Source: a virus (Duplodnaviria; Caudoviricetes). From it: a stretch of 25,111 nucleotides of DNA. A program made the translations under genes and the position numbers. The notes under the pieces were generated by a model, which saw only the letters and a program-made list of their open reading frames with translations, had not been told where the DNA came from and did no database searches. The stretch covers positions 1-25,111 of IMG/VR virus record IMGVR_UViG_3300033498_000015; one strand, 5' to 3'. Each line of letters starts with the position of its first letter. Position 1 is the stretch's first letter. Below, piece after piece: positions 7,346 through 14,605 of this stretch.

Positions 7346-8467
7346 ATGGCAAATACTGACTTTAAGTCAATGCAAACAGAAGACAAAACGGCTTGGGTAA
7401 AAGAGACGTTGAAAGCTGTTCGTGACGCAAACTTTTTCGGAAAATTCACTGGAACTGGATCTGAGAACATCATCCAAGAAGTTCGTGAATTAAGTGCAAA
7501 CAACAAAGGTGCTACTACTGCTCAAATCGCTTTAGTACAAGACTTGGTTGGAACTGGTGTTACTGGTGATGCTACATTGTTGGGAAACGAAGAACCTATG
7601 GACTCTTCATGGATCAGCATTGGTTACGACCAGTTAAGAAACGCTACAAAGAATGTTGGTAAATTAAACAACCAAAAATCGGTTATTCAATTCCGTGAAC
7701 AAGCTAAGGATAAGTTATCTCACTGGCTCAAGAACATAATTGAAGACTTAACTGTTTTGACGTTGACTGGTGTTACTTATGACAAGAACATTGATGGTTC
7801 TACAAGAACTATTTTGGCTGGTCAAAGCAACTTAACTACTTTGGATTATGCAAGTGATGTTTCTGCTAGTACTTCTGGAAGACATTTCAACTGGACTGGA
7901 ACTTCATTAGTTGCTGGTGACACAACGACTGTTACTGCTGCTTATGTTCCAACATACAAAATGTTATTACAGTTAAAAGCAACAGCAATGGTAAGAGGAT
8001 TACGTCCTTTGATGGTTGGTGGAAAACCAATTTATGTGTTCTTAATGGAGCCACGTTCTTTCGCTTTATTGAAAGCTGATCCTGACTTCAGAACAAACTT
8101 CACACAAGGTGCTCCACGTGATTTAAACAGCAAGATCTTTACTGGTATGGACGGAATGACTACTGATGGTATCGTTATTCACTGCCACAACAAGGTTTAC
8201 AACACTACTGGTTTAGCTTCTGCTAGCAAGTGGGGTGCTGGTGGTTTAGTTGACGGATGTGCTAATTTGTTATTGGGTGCTCAAGCTTGTGCAATGGTTA
8301 ACATTCACAGCCAATTCGATTGGAATGAAGAGTGGATCGACTACGAAAACAGCGGTGGTATATCTGTTGGAGCAATGTTCGGATTCCGTAAATTGAAATT
8401 CAAATCTTTACGTGACGGTGCTACGGTTCAAGACTTTGGTGTTATGAGAGTTAACACAGCAATATAA
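7346..8467 (+). CDS. Major capsid protein (N4-gp56 / DUF4043-like, HK97 fold)
   Basis: Strong RBS TAGGAG; GVTGDATLLGNEE, DQLRNA, FREQAKDKLSHW, LLLGAQA and WNEEWIDYEN...GFRKLKF...QDFGV motifs characteristic of this family; 373 aa. Confidence 0.92.
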   Translation: MANTDFKSMQTEDKTAWVKETLKAVRDANFFGKFTGTGSENIIQEVRELSANNKGATTAQIALVQDLVGTGVTGDATLLGNEEPMDSSWISIGYDQLRNATKNVGKLNNQKSVIQFREQAKDKLSHWLKNIIEDLTVLTLTGVTYDKNIDGSTRTILAGQSNLTTLDYASDVSASTSGRHFNWTGTSLVAGDTTTVTAAYVPTYKMLLQLKATAMVRGLRPLMVGGKPIYVFLMEPRSFALLKADPDFRTNFTQGAPRDLNSKIFTGMDGMTTDGIVIHCHNKVYNTTGLASASKWGAGGLVDGCANLLLGAQACAMVNIHSQFDWNEEWIDYENSGGISVGAMFGFRKLKFKSLRDGATVQDFGVMRVNTAI

Positions 8468-8481
8468 GCAATTGCAAACAT

Positions 8482-8511
8482 AAAAAGCCTGCCAGATGGT
8501 GGGCTTTTTTT
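8482..8511 (+). terminator. Intrinsic terminator after the capsid gene
   Basis: AAAAAGCCTGCC-AGAT-GGTGGGCTTTTT hairpin (two G-U pairs) with T7 tail. Confidence 0.85.
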
Positions 8512-8515
8512 ATTG

Positions 8516-8544
8516 TTGCAATTACCATAATTATTTGGTATTCT
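8516..8544 (+). promoter_or_regulatory. Putative extended -10 promoter for head-completion/tail genes
   Basis: TTGCAA (8516-8521), 17 bp, TATTCT (8539-8544) with TG at 8536-8537, immediately after the terminator. Confidence 0.65.
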
Positions 8545-8587
8545 ATTATTGTGTCAACAATATATTAATAATAACAGGAGTATTTAT

Positions 8588-8956
8588 ATGCGTATGCGTT
8601 CATTAGTCGGAGAAACTTACATTGCTTTATTAGATGGTAGTTCCATCGTAATAGGTGATGCTTATAGAGATGTACCAATTAAGTTCAGAAGAGAAGCATT
8701 AATGTTGCTTGAGACTGAATTAGAGATAGAAGGTATTAAGAAAGAAGATGTTATTCAAGAAACAGCACCTGCTCACAGCCCAGAATTGCATTTAGTTAAT
8801 GTAATTAAAGTAATGCGTGAAGAAGAAGAGAAAGATCCGAATTGCGATAATTTTACCAATAGCGGATTGCCAAATTTGAATAAATTACGTTCAAAAGCTG
8901 GATATAACGTTTCTAAAGATGAAATGTTAATCGCTTGGGAATTATCAAACAGATAA
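8588..8956 (+). CDS. Hypothetical phage protein, 122 aa (possible small helical C-terminal domain)
   Basis: AGGAG at 8576-8580 supports ATG 8588 rather than the track's 8549; C-terminal FTNSGLPNLNKL...GYNVSKDEMLIAW resembles a motif in post-capsid phage proteins. Confidence 0.7.
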   Translation: MRMRSLVGETYIALLDGSSIVIGDAYRDVPIKFRREALMLLETELEIEGIKKEDVIQETAPAHSPELHLVNVIKVMREEEEKDPNCDNFTNSGLPNLNKLRSKAGYNVSKDEMLIAWELSNR

Positions 8957-8975
8957 GAAATAAACGGGGAAATAT

Positions 8976-9623
8976 ATGAATGGACAGCAGTTAATAGAAA
9001 GAGTACGGATGAAGACTCAAGATTTATCTAGTACAAAGTTCTGGTCAGATGAAGAAATATTATTTAACATTAACGAAGCAATGAAAGAAGCTGCTGTTCG
9101 TCATGAACTTATTTATGATCGCTCTTCTACAATAACCGTAATTCCATCTGTAATAGGTCAGGTTGTTTATGAATATGATCCGTTATTCTTCCTTATTAAA
9201 AAAGTTCGATTTGATGGAAGAATGCTTGATGAAATAGCAGTTGAAAGATTAGATCGTTTTGAACCAGATGGATATTTACAGGGTTATGTATCTCATTGGT
9301 ATATAGATCAAGACGATAAGCTTTATTTATATAAAATACCTGATAAGGTTTCTGACATAAAAATAGAGGGATGGAGAATGCCACATCCTATTGTAGACGT
9401 GGAATTAGATGAATGTGAGATACCTGTAATGTTTCAGGATCAAATGCTTAATTGGGCTTATAAGTTGTGCTATGAGAAGTTAGATGCAGAAGTATCCAGA
9501 CCAGAATTGGCAGCGTTCTTTGAGCAAGAGTTTGTTAAGGTTTTCGGATCTCAAAAGACTGCTAAACAGTGGAAACAACAAAGACGTTCTACAGAGAATT
9601 GTGTTAGATATTACAGATTTTAA
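8976..9623 (+). CDS. Head-to-tail adaptor/connector protein
   Basis: N-terminal LIERVR...D...FWSDEEILFNINEA helix pair and EIPVMFQDQMLNWA motif typical of podoviral adaptors; position after capsid. Confidence 0.75.
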   Translation: MNGQQLIERVRMKTQDLSSTKFWSDEEILFNINEAMKEAAVRHELIYDRSSTITVIPSVIGQVVYEYDPLFFLIKKVRFDGRMLDEIAVERLDRFEPDGYLQGYVSHWYIDQDDKLYLYKIPDKVSDIKIEGWRMPHPIVDVELDECEIPVMFQDQMLNWAYKLCYEKLDAEVSRPELAAFFEQEFVKVFGSQKTAKQWKQQRRSTENCVRYYRF

Positions 9624-9625
9624 TA

Positions 9626-10816
9626 ATGAAACAGCAAAAGCAAACTATTAAATTCAATTATGGTCTGAATAACAAGACAGATACAATGGCTTTGGATCTT
9701 CCATACGCTAAACTTGCTAAAAATGTAATAGTTACTGATACGGGTAAGTATTCTAATAGAATGGGTTACTCAAAGATTGAATCTGGTAACTACAAGGAAA
9801 TATTTACTCATAAAGAGAATAAAAACTCTTATGTGATTATAGATGATGGCTTATATATCATAGAGCAATTCAGTCCATTAGTTAAAACAAAGTTATGCGA
9901 TTTATTGGACTCTAATAGTGTTACATTTACCCAATATGCAAGTGATACTACTGTTTTATCGAAGAAAGACTACTTCTTAATTAAAGAGAATAACGATTTA
10001 CATAATTTAAACTTTTCTGCAACCAGCATATTTGATGTTATTTCTGGCAGTGGATCTTTACCATCGGGCGAATATCACGTTGTTACAACGTATGTCGATG
10101 ATTATGGTCGTGAAAGTGGTGCTAATTTCACATCAAACGTCGTGCTGGAAGAAAACGGATCTGTCGTTATATCCAATATAACGCAGTACGGTGCTTTTAC
10201 TAATGTTTATATAAAGACTCCATTCAGCACCACATTTAATCTTGCTGGATATACAACGTCTTCTGTTTATAGATGTAATACGCTTGAAATGGGTTTAGAA
10301 GTAGACACGTTAGGATTAAACGGTATACAGCCTGATTCCTATTTATGTACGTTATGGAATGGCTCCATATATACGTGTTCGTACGACTCCAGTAGCAATC
10401 AAACGATGGTTTACTGGTCTGAACCTGGATTGATCCATTTATTCAATCTACAGGCTAATTTCTTTGTAATCTCTGGAAAAGTAGAAATGTTATGTCCAAC
10501 ACCAGAAGTTCTGTTGATCGGTACTAGCACTGCTATTTATGCATACAAAGAAACCGCTTTAAAGAAGATACAGCATTACGGTGTTATTCCTGGTAAGAAC
10601 TGGGTAGAAAACACTGCAAATCTGCATAATGCTGATGTGTTGATATGGACTGAAAAGGGTTTAGCAACAGCTTACCCAATAACACTATTGACAGATGAAG
10701 TGGTTAATTTAGATAATGGAGCTATTGCAAATGGTTCTATTTTAGAGTTTAATGGAACTACAAGCTATGTAGTATCTGTCTTGAAAGGCGGTGAAGAATA
10801 CAATAAAAGATCATAA
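9626..10816 (+). CDS. Putative tail nozzle / head-closure protein (beta-rich)
   Basis: Follows adaptor; GLNN...AKNV..TDTGK...RMGY N-terminus, GSLPSGEYHVVTTYVDDYGRESG and VYWSEP motifs seen in podoviral tail hub proteins. Confidence 0.6.
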   Translation: MKQQKQTIKFNYGLNNKTDTMALDLPYAKLAKNVIVTDTGKYSNRMGYSKIESGNYKEIFTHKENKNSYVIIDDGLYIIEQFSPLVKTKLCDLLDSNSVTFTQYASDTTVLSKKDYFLIKENNDLHNLNFSATSIFDVISGSGSLPSGEYHVVTTYVDDYGRESGANFTSNVVLEENGSVVISNITQYGAFTNVYIKTPFSTTFNLAGYTTSSVYRCNTLEMGLEVDTLGLNGIQPDSYLCTLWNGSIYTCSYDSSSNQTMVYWSEPGLIHLFNLQANFFVISGKVEMLCPTPEVLLIGTSTAIYAYKETALKKIQHYGVIPGKNWVENTANLHNADVLIWTEKGLATAYPITLLTDEVVNLDNGAIANGSILEFNGTTSYVVSVLKGGEEYNKRS

Positions 10817-10828
10817 TTGGAGAAAATA

Positions 10829-11287
10829 ATGACTATTAAATTATCGACAGGTTTAGTAAATGCAATGATGGGTACAGTGGGTTTTAAGGGAGCATTTGCT
10901 AATGGAGTTATTGAATTACGTTCTGGAAATCAGCCAGCAACCGCTGACTCTGCTGCTACTGGAACGTTACTTGGAATTATCACGTTAAACGGTGGTGCTT
11001 TTACTGCTGGTGTTGCTACTAATGGATTGAATTTTGACGCTCCAGTTGATGGAAAGGTTACTAAACCATTATTAAACGCTTGGTCTTATACAGGATTAGC
11101 AAATGGAACGATTGGACATGCTAGGGTAAAACAAAATGGGGTTGATGATGGCTCTGCTTCTACTACTGCTTCACGTATGGACTTATCTTGCGGTGCTTCT
11201 GGTGCTGACATGATTATGGATACCGCTGTTCTTATTGCAACTCCTGCTGCTGTTGATAAATTCGAATTCACATTACCAAAAGCATAA
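10829..11287 (+). CDS. Putative virion structural protein, 152 aa (paralogue A)
   Basis: GGAG at 10819-10822 supports ATG 10829; Gly/Ala/Thr-rich; SGNQPATADS and CGASGADMIM motifs shared with 12058-12516. Confidence 0.7.
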   Translation: MTIKLSTGLVNAMMGTVGFKGAFANGVIELRSGNQPATADSAATGTLLGIITLNGGAFTAGVATNGLNFDAPVDGKVTKPLLNAWSYTGLANGTIGHARVKQNGVDDGSASTTASRMDLSCGASGADMIMDTAVLIATPAAVDKFEFTLPKA

Positions 11288-11293
11288 ACTGAA

Positions 11294-11995
11294 ATGACTA
11301 TCGCTGTAATAAGTAACGGAGATTCAATTACAGGTATTCTTGATAATGGAATATTCGACGAAAACTATACTTATTGGCAAATTCAGTCAGATTTTGACTG
11401 GAATGCAGTTGTTTTTAACAAGACTATTAATTTAAAATACGATTATCAAGTTCTATATGAGGCTATTATTATAGCAAATAATGATCTTCCATATAATAAT
11501 GAGATATATCCAGATGATTTAAAAACATATTTCTATTTTGTTAACGATTTAGGAGTTCCAATATTCAGAATAAAATTTGGATATACAATTATAGTTCAAT
11601 GGAATTTTGGATCGGGAATATTTAACGAATCAGCAACATTAACACCTACTGGTTTATGGAAAGCAGAGAGTCATATGGGTATAGGAGAGGATCTATCTCC
11701 ATACGGATTAAATTCAACTACATTTCTTCCTTATCAAAATAGAAATATAAATATTAATTTTAATCCAGCAACACATAGGATTTCAGTAAGTTGGAATGTT
11801 GATGGTCAAACAATACAGTTCATAGCTCCATACACTGAAGTAAATAATTACAATTTAAAAAATGGAAATGAATATTCATATTTATATCCTTGGAATAATG
11901 GATCATATGTTACAAGTATAGTCTTAATAGAGACAGGTTTTGTAGAATTGTTTTGGACTGATTTTATAAACACATATGAAACAACTATTGTATAA
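11294..11995 (+). CDS. Hypothetical beta-rich protein, possible tail/receptor-binding component
   Basis: 233-aa ORF 6 nt after the upstream stop; Asn/Ile/Tyr/Trp-rich; visibly AT-richer than head genes. Confidence 0.6.
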   Translation: MTIAVISNGDSITGILDNGIFDENYTYWQIQSDFDWNAVVFNKTINLKYDYQVLYEAIIIANNDLPYNNEIYPDDLKTYFYFVNDLGVPIFRIKFGYTIIVQWNFGSGIFNESATLTPTGLWKAESHMGIGEDLSPYGLNSTTFLPYQNRNININFNPATHRISVSWNVDGQTIQFIAPYTEVNNYNLKNGNEYSYLYPWNNGSYVTSIVLIETGFVELFWTDFINTYETTIV

Positions 11996-12006
11996 GGTTG
12001 ATGCAA

Positions 12007-12034
12007 TTGCAAATTAGAAAAACGATGTTATAAT
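12007..12034 (+). promoter_or_regulatory. Extended -10 sigma70 promoter
   Basis: TTGCAA (12007-12012), 16 bp, TATAAT (12029-12034) with TG at 12026-12027; AGGAG RBS downstream. Confidence 0.75.
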
Positions 12035-12057
12035 ATAACACAACAGGAGATAATAAA

Positions 12058-12516
12058 ATGGCTTTAAATTTAACAAGATTTTTACGTAGAGATATATGCG
12101 AAACGAGATCAGTAAAAGATGCTGTATCTAATTTAGTTCTTAATGTATACAGCGGGACAATTCCAACTAATGCAGAATCTCCATTAAGCGGTAATACAAA
12201 ATTAGTATCGTATACAAATGGAGCAACGTTTCCTGATGCTAATCTGGTACTTGTCTATGATGATGTAACTAATTCTTTAATATTGGATACTGGCGAGACG
12301 CTAACTGGAACTGCAGCTGCTACTGGAACCGCTACATTTTTCAGGTTAGAGCTTGCAACTGATGACGGATTAAGAGATGATGTTGATCTTTCAAGGGCAC
12401 GTATTCAAGGTACTGTAGGAATAGTTGATGCTGATTTATTTATGGGAAGTACTTCTATAACATCTGGATCTTCAAAGATTATTGGCGGATTTGCACTGCA
12501 ATTACTTACATTCTAA
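12058..12516 (+). CDS. Putative virion structural protein, 152 aa (paralogue B)
   Basis: Strong RBS; YSGTIPTNAES, GTAAATGTATFFRL and RIQGTVGIVDADLFM align by eye with 10829-11287. Confidence 0.7.
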   Translation: MALNLTRFLRRDICETRSVKDAVSNLVLNVYSGTIPTNAESPLSGNTKLVSYTNGATFPDANLVLVYDDVTNSLILDTGETLTGTAAATGTATFFRLELATDDGLRDDVDLSRARIQGTVGIVDADLFMGSTSITSGSSKIIGGFALQLLTF

Positions 12517-12527
12517 ATCATGAAAAA

Positions 12528-14585
12528 ATGGCACTTATTAGATACATCGAAGAGGGGGTTGGTCATCATCTAGGTTTTGCCAATTTAAAACTAAATGAGC
12601 TTCTGTCTATTCGCCGTAGAACAGGGGCTTTTTTTTTGGAAAAGCAATTTAATATGCCTGACGGTGCAGTAGTGTACGTTTCATCAGTTGGTGATATAAA
12701 TAAAGTAAACCCAGGATCAGACAGAATAATTATTACTGGTTCTGCATACGATATTCATATAGACACGGAAACAAGTGAATTATATGGATCTTATGATTGC
12801 AATAAAACTATAAGTAAAAGAAAATTAACGACTCAAATATTTAAATTTACGGAAGAGTATGGAGAAAATGGATATACATTATTTAAAAACACAAACGTCT
12901 TGAAAGAAGGAATAACTTATAATCCAATAAAAGTAAATCTTTTAGGTCAAGGAGGATCTTCAGTATTTGGTTATATGCCATCAAATACGCAAACATCTAG
13001 CATTATTGTTAACTTTTTCAATGAAAAGAAAGAGTACGGAAAATTATGGGAAGATTCTGGATCAATATCAGTACCTAAATTTAATGAAAAGAATTCATTT
13101 AAATATATAGAACTTCCATCTGCTGCATGTGGAAGAGATAAAATAAACAAGTATTATGATATTAATGATATTAATTTTTGTGGTCATGGAGATGCATTAA
13201 CATCAAACGCATTAAATCCAAACGTATCAATTTCTAAAATATTTACAGAAACAGCATTTGCCTTTGAATCTGACATATTTTTCACAGGGATTTCAACACA
13301 TATTGCTGCTGATAGCACTGAAACAAATTACTTCACAGCTATAACAAATGTATTGGATTCAGATGTTAATAACTTAACAAATGTACTTGCAAGTAATTAT
13401 AAAATATCTGGACAACAAATAGAGCTTATAAGCAGCGAAGTTCTTCCAAGTTGTTTCGGTGGAATTAGAGTTAATTATTCATTAGAACGTCTTAATGATG
13501 ATGTTACGCAATTTATAGGCTCTCCAACAAGAGATCCAACAAAGTTTGATAGATTATGGAACTTACCAGAGCATAGTTGGTTCTTTAAATTGTCTGGAGG
13601 TTGGTATAGATATAATACTTCATTCGGATTATGGGAAACTACAAGTTATATAAATCATTCTTCAAGTACGTTTATACCATCACAATGGATGATATTCGCT
13701 AATTCAGATGAAGTTGCTAATGAATACCCAGATCCTCCTTGTATATTTAGAAAAAATAGCTTGAATGATCAATTTGAAAAAATTGAGGCTCCTTTCTTAT
13801 CTATTAACAAAACAGTAAGATATTACCATGTAAATTCTAAATTCATATCTCTTGGTGATACAACTGAAACTGTAGTAACTATACCAAAATTTGCAAGAAC
13901 TCCTACTCAAACATATATTGGAAATAATGTAATTCTAATATCATTAATGGCTTACGATACTTATTATTTTGGAAACAAATATGAGCACAAATTTGAGTTA
14001 TGGAAAAGCGTAGATAATGGACTAACGTTTACTCAAATACATGAAGGAATTGTACCACCAGAAATAGCAATTAATGGATTTTCATATTTCTCAATTTATA
14101 ATGACAACAGAATAGGTGTAGATGTTTCATTTAAAAACACAACTATAAATGATTCATATAAGAATATTTATTTCGGAGAGGGTTGTGCAGTATACGTATT
14201 ATCAAAATATAATGATCTTGCGTTGTTGAGCTACAATCCAGACTATTTTAACAACAGTGATTTTGATTACATCGTATTATATACAACAGATTATGGTGTG
14301 ACATTTAGTCAGAAAAAAGTAAATATGAAATATATTATGATTGGAATGACATGTAACAAATATAGAAAACTTAACGATGATTTGTCTGTAAAAAATGAAG
14401 CTGAATTTTTAGTAATAGAAATGATAAATGCAAACGAATATAAAATTTGCAAAACAAAGGATTATTTCACTACGTTTGAATATGTAAGCGAAAAGATATT
14501 TACAAACAGTTATGACAGATCTATTCCTGAATTCAAGTCTACTATGTATTTTGATTCGTTAATAACTTATACTGGAAAGAAGTAA
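12528..14585 (+). CDS. Putative tail protein with C-terminal Asp-box (BNR) repeats, probable beta-propeller
   Basis: WKSVDNGLTF (14001-14030), YTTDYGVTF (14280-14306) and degenerate KTKDYFTTF (14451-14477) fit S/T-x-D-x-G-x-T-F/W; 685 aa. Confidence 0.6.
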   Translation: MALIRYIEEGVGHHLGFANLKLNELLSIRRRTGAFFLEKQFNMPDGAVVYVSSVGDINKVNPGSDRIIITGSAYDIHIDTETSELYGSYDCNKTISKRKLTTQIFKFTEEYGENGYTLFKNTNVLKEGITYNPIKVNLLGQGGSSVFGYMPSNTQTSSIIVNFFNEKKEYGKLWEDSGSISVPKFNEKNSFKYIELPSAACGRDKINKYYDINDINFCGHGDALTSNALNPNVSISKIFTETAFAFESDIFFTGISTHIAADSTETNYFTAITNVLDSDVNNLTNVLASNYKISGQQIELISSEVLPSCFGGIRVNYSLERLNDDVTQFIGSPTRDPTKFDRLWNLPEHSWFFKLSGGWYRYNTSFGLWETTSYINHSSSTFIPSQWMIFANSDEVANEYPDPPCIFRKNSLNDQFEKIEAPFLSINKTVRYYHVNSKFISLGDTTETVVTIPKFARTPTQTYIGNNVILISLMAYDTYYFGNKYEHKFELWKSVDNGLTFTQIHEGIVPPEIAINGFSYFSIYNDNRIGVDVSFKNTTINDSYKNIYFGEGCAVYVLSKYNDLALLSYNPDYFNNSDFDYIVLYTTDYGVTFSQKKVNMKYIMIGMTCNKYRKLNDDLSVKNEAEFLVIEMINANEYKICKTKDYFTTFEYVSEKIFTNSYDRSIPEFKSTMYFDSLITYTGKK
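12597..12637 (+). terminator. Intragenic terminator-like hairpin plus T9 run
   Basis: GCTTCTGTCTA-TTCGCCG-TAGA(A)CAGGGGC 11-bp stem (two G-U pairs, one bulge) directly followed by nine T (12629-12637). Confidence 0.45.
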
Positions 14586-14605
14586 AAATTAGGTAAAACA
14601 CTATT

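Noticed and set aside
7346-8467. Assignment to N4-like Schitoviridae from the capsid family
   Set aside because: TerL is P22-like, gene order differs, and the visible part of the giant protein shows no RNA polymerase motifs; this capsid family is widespread.
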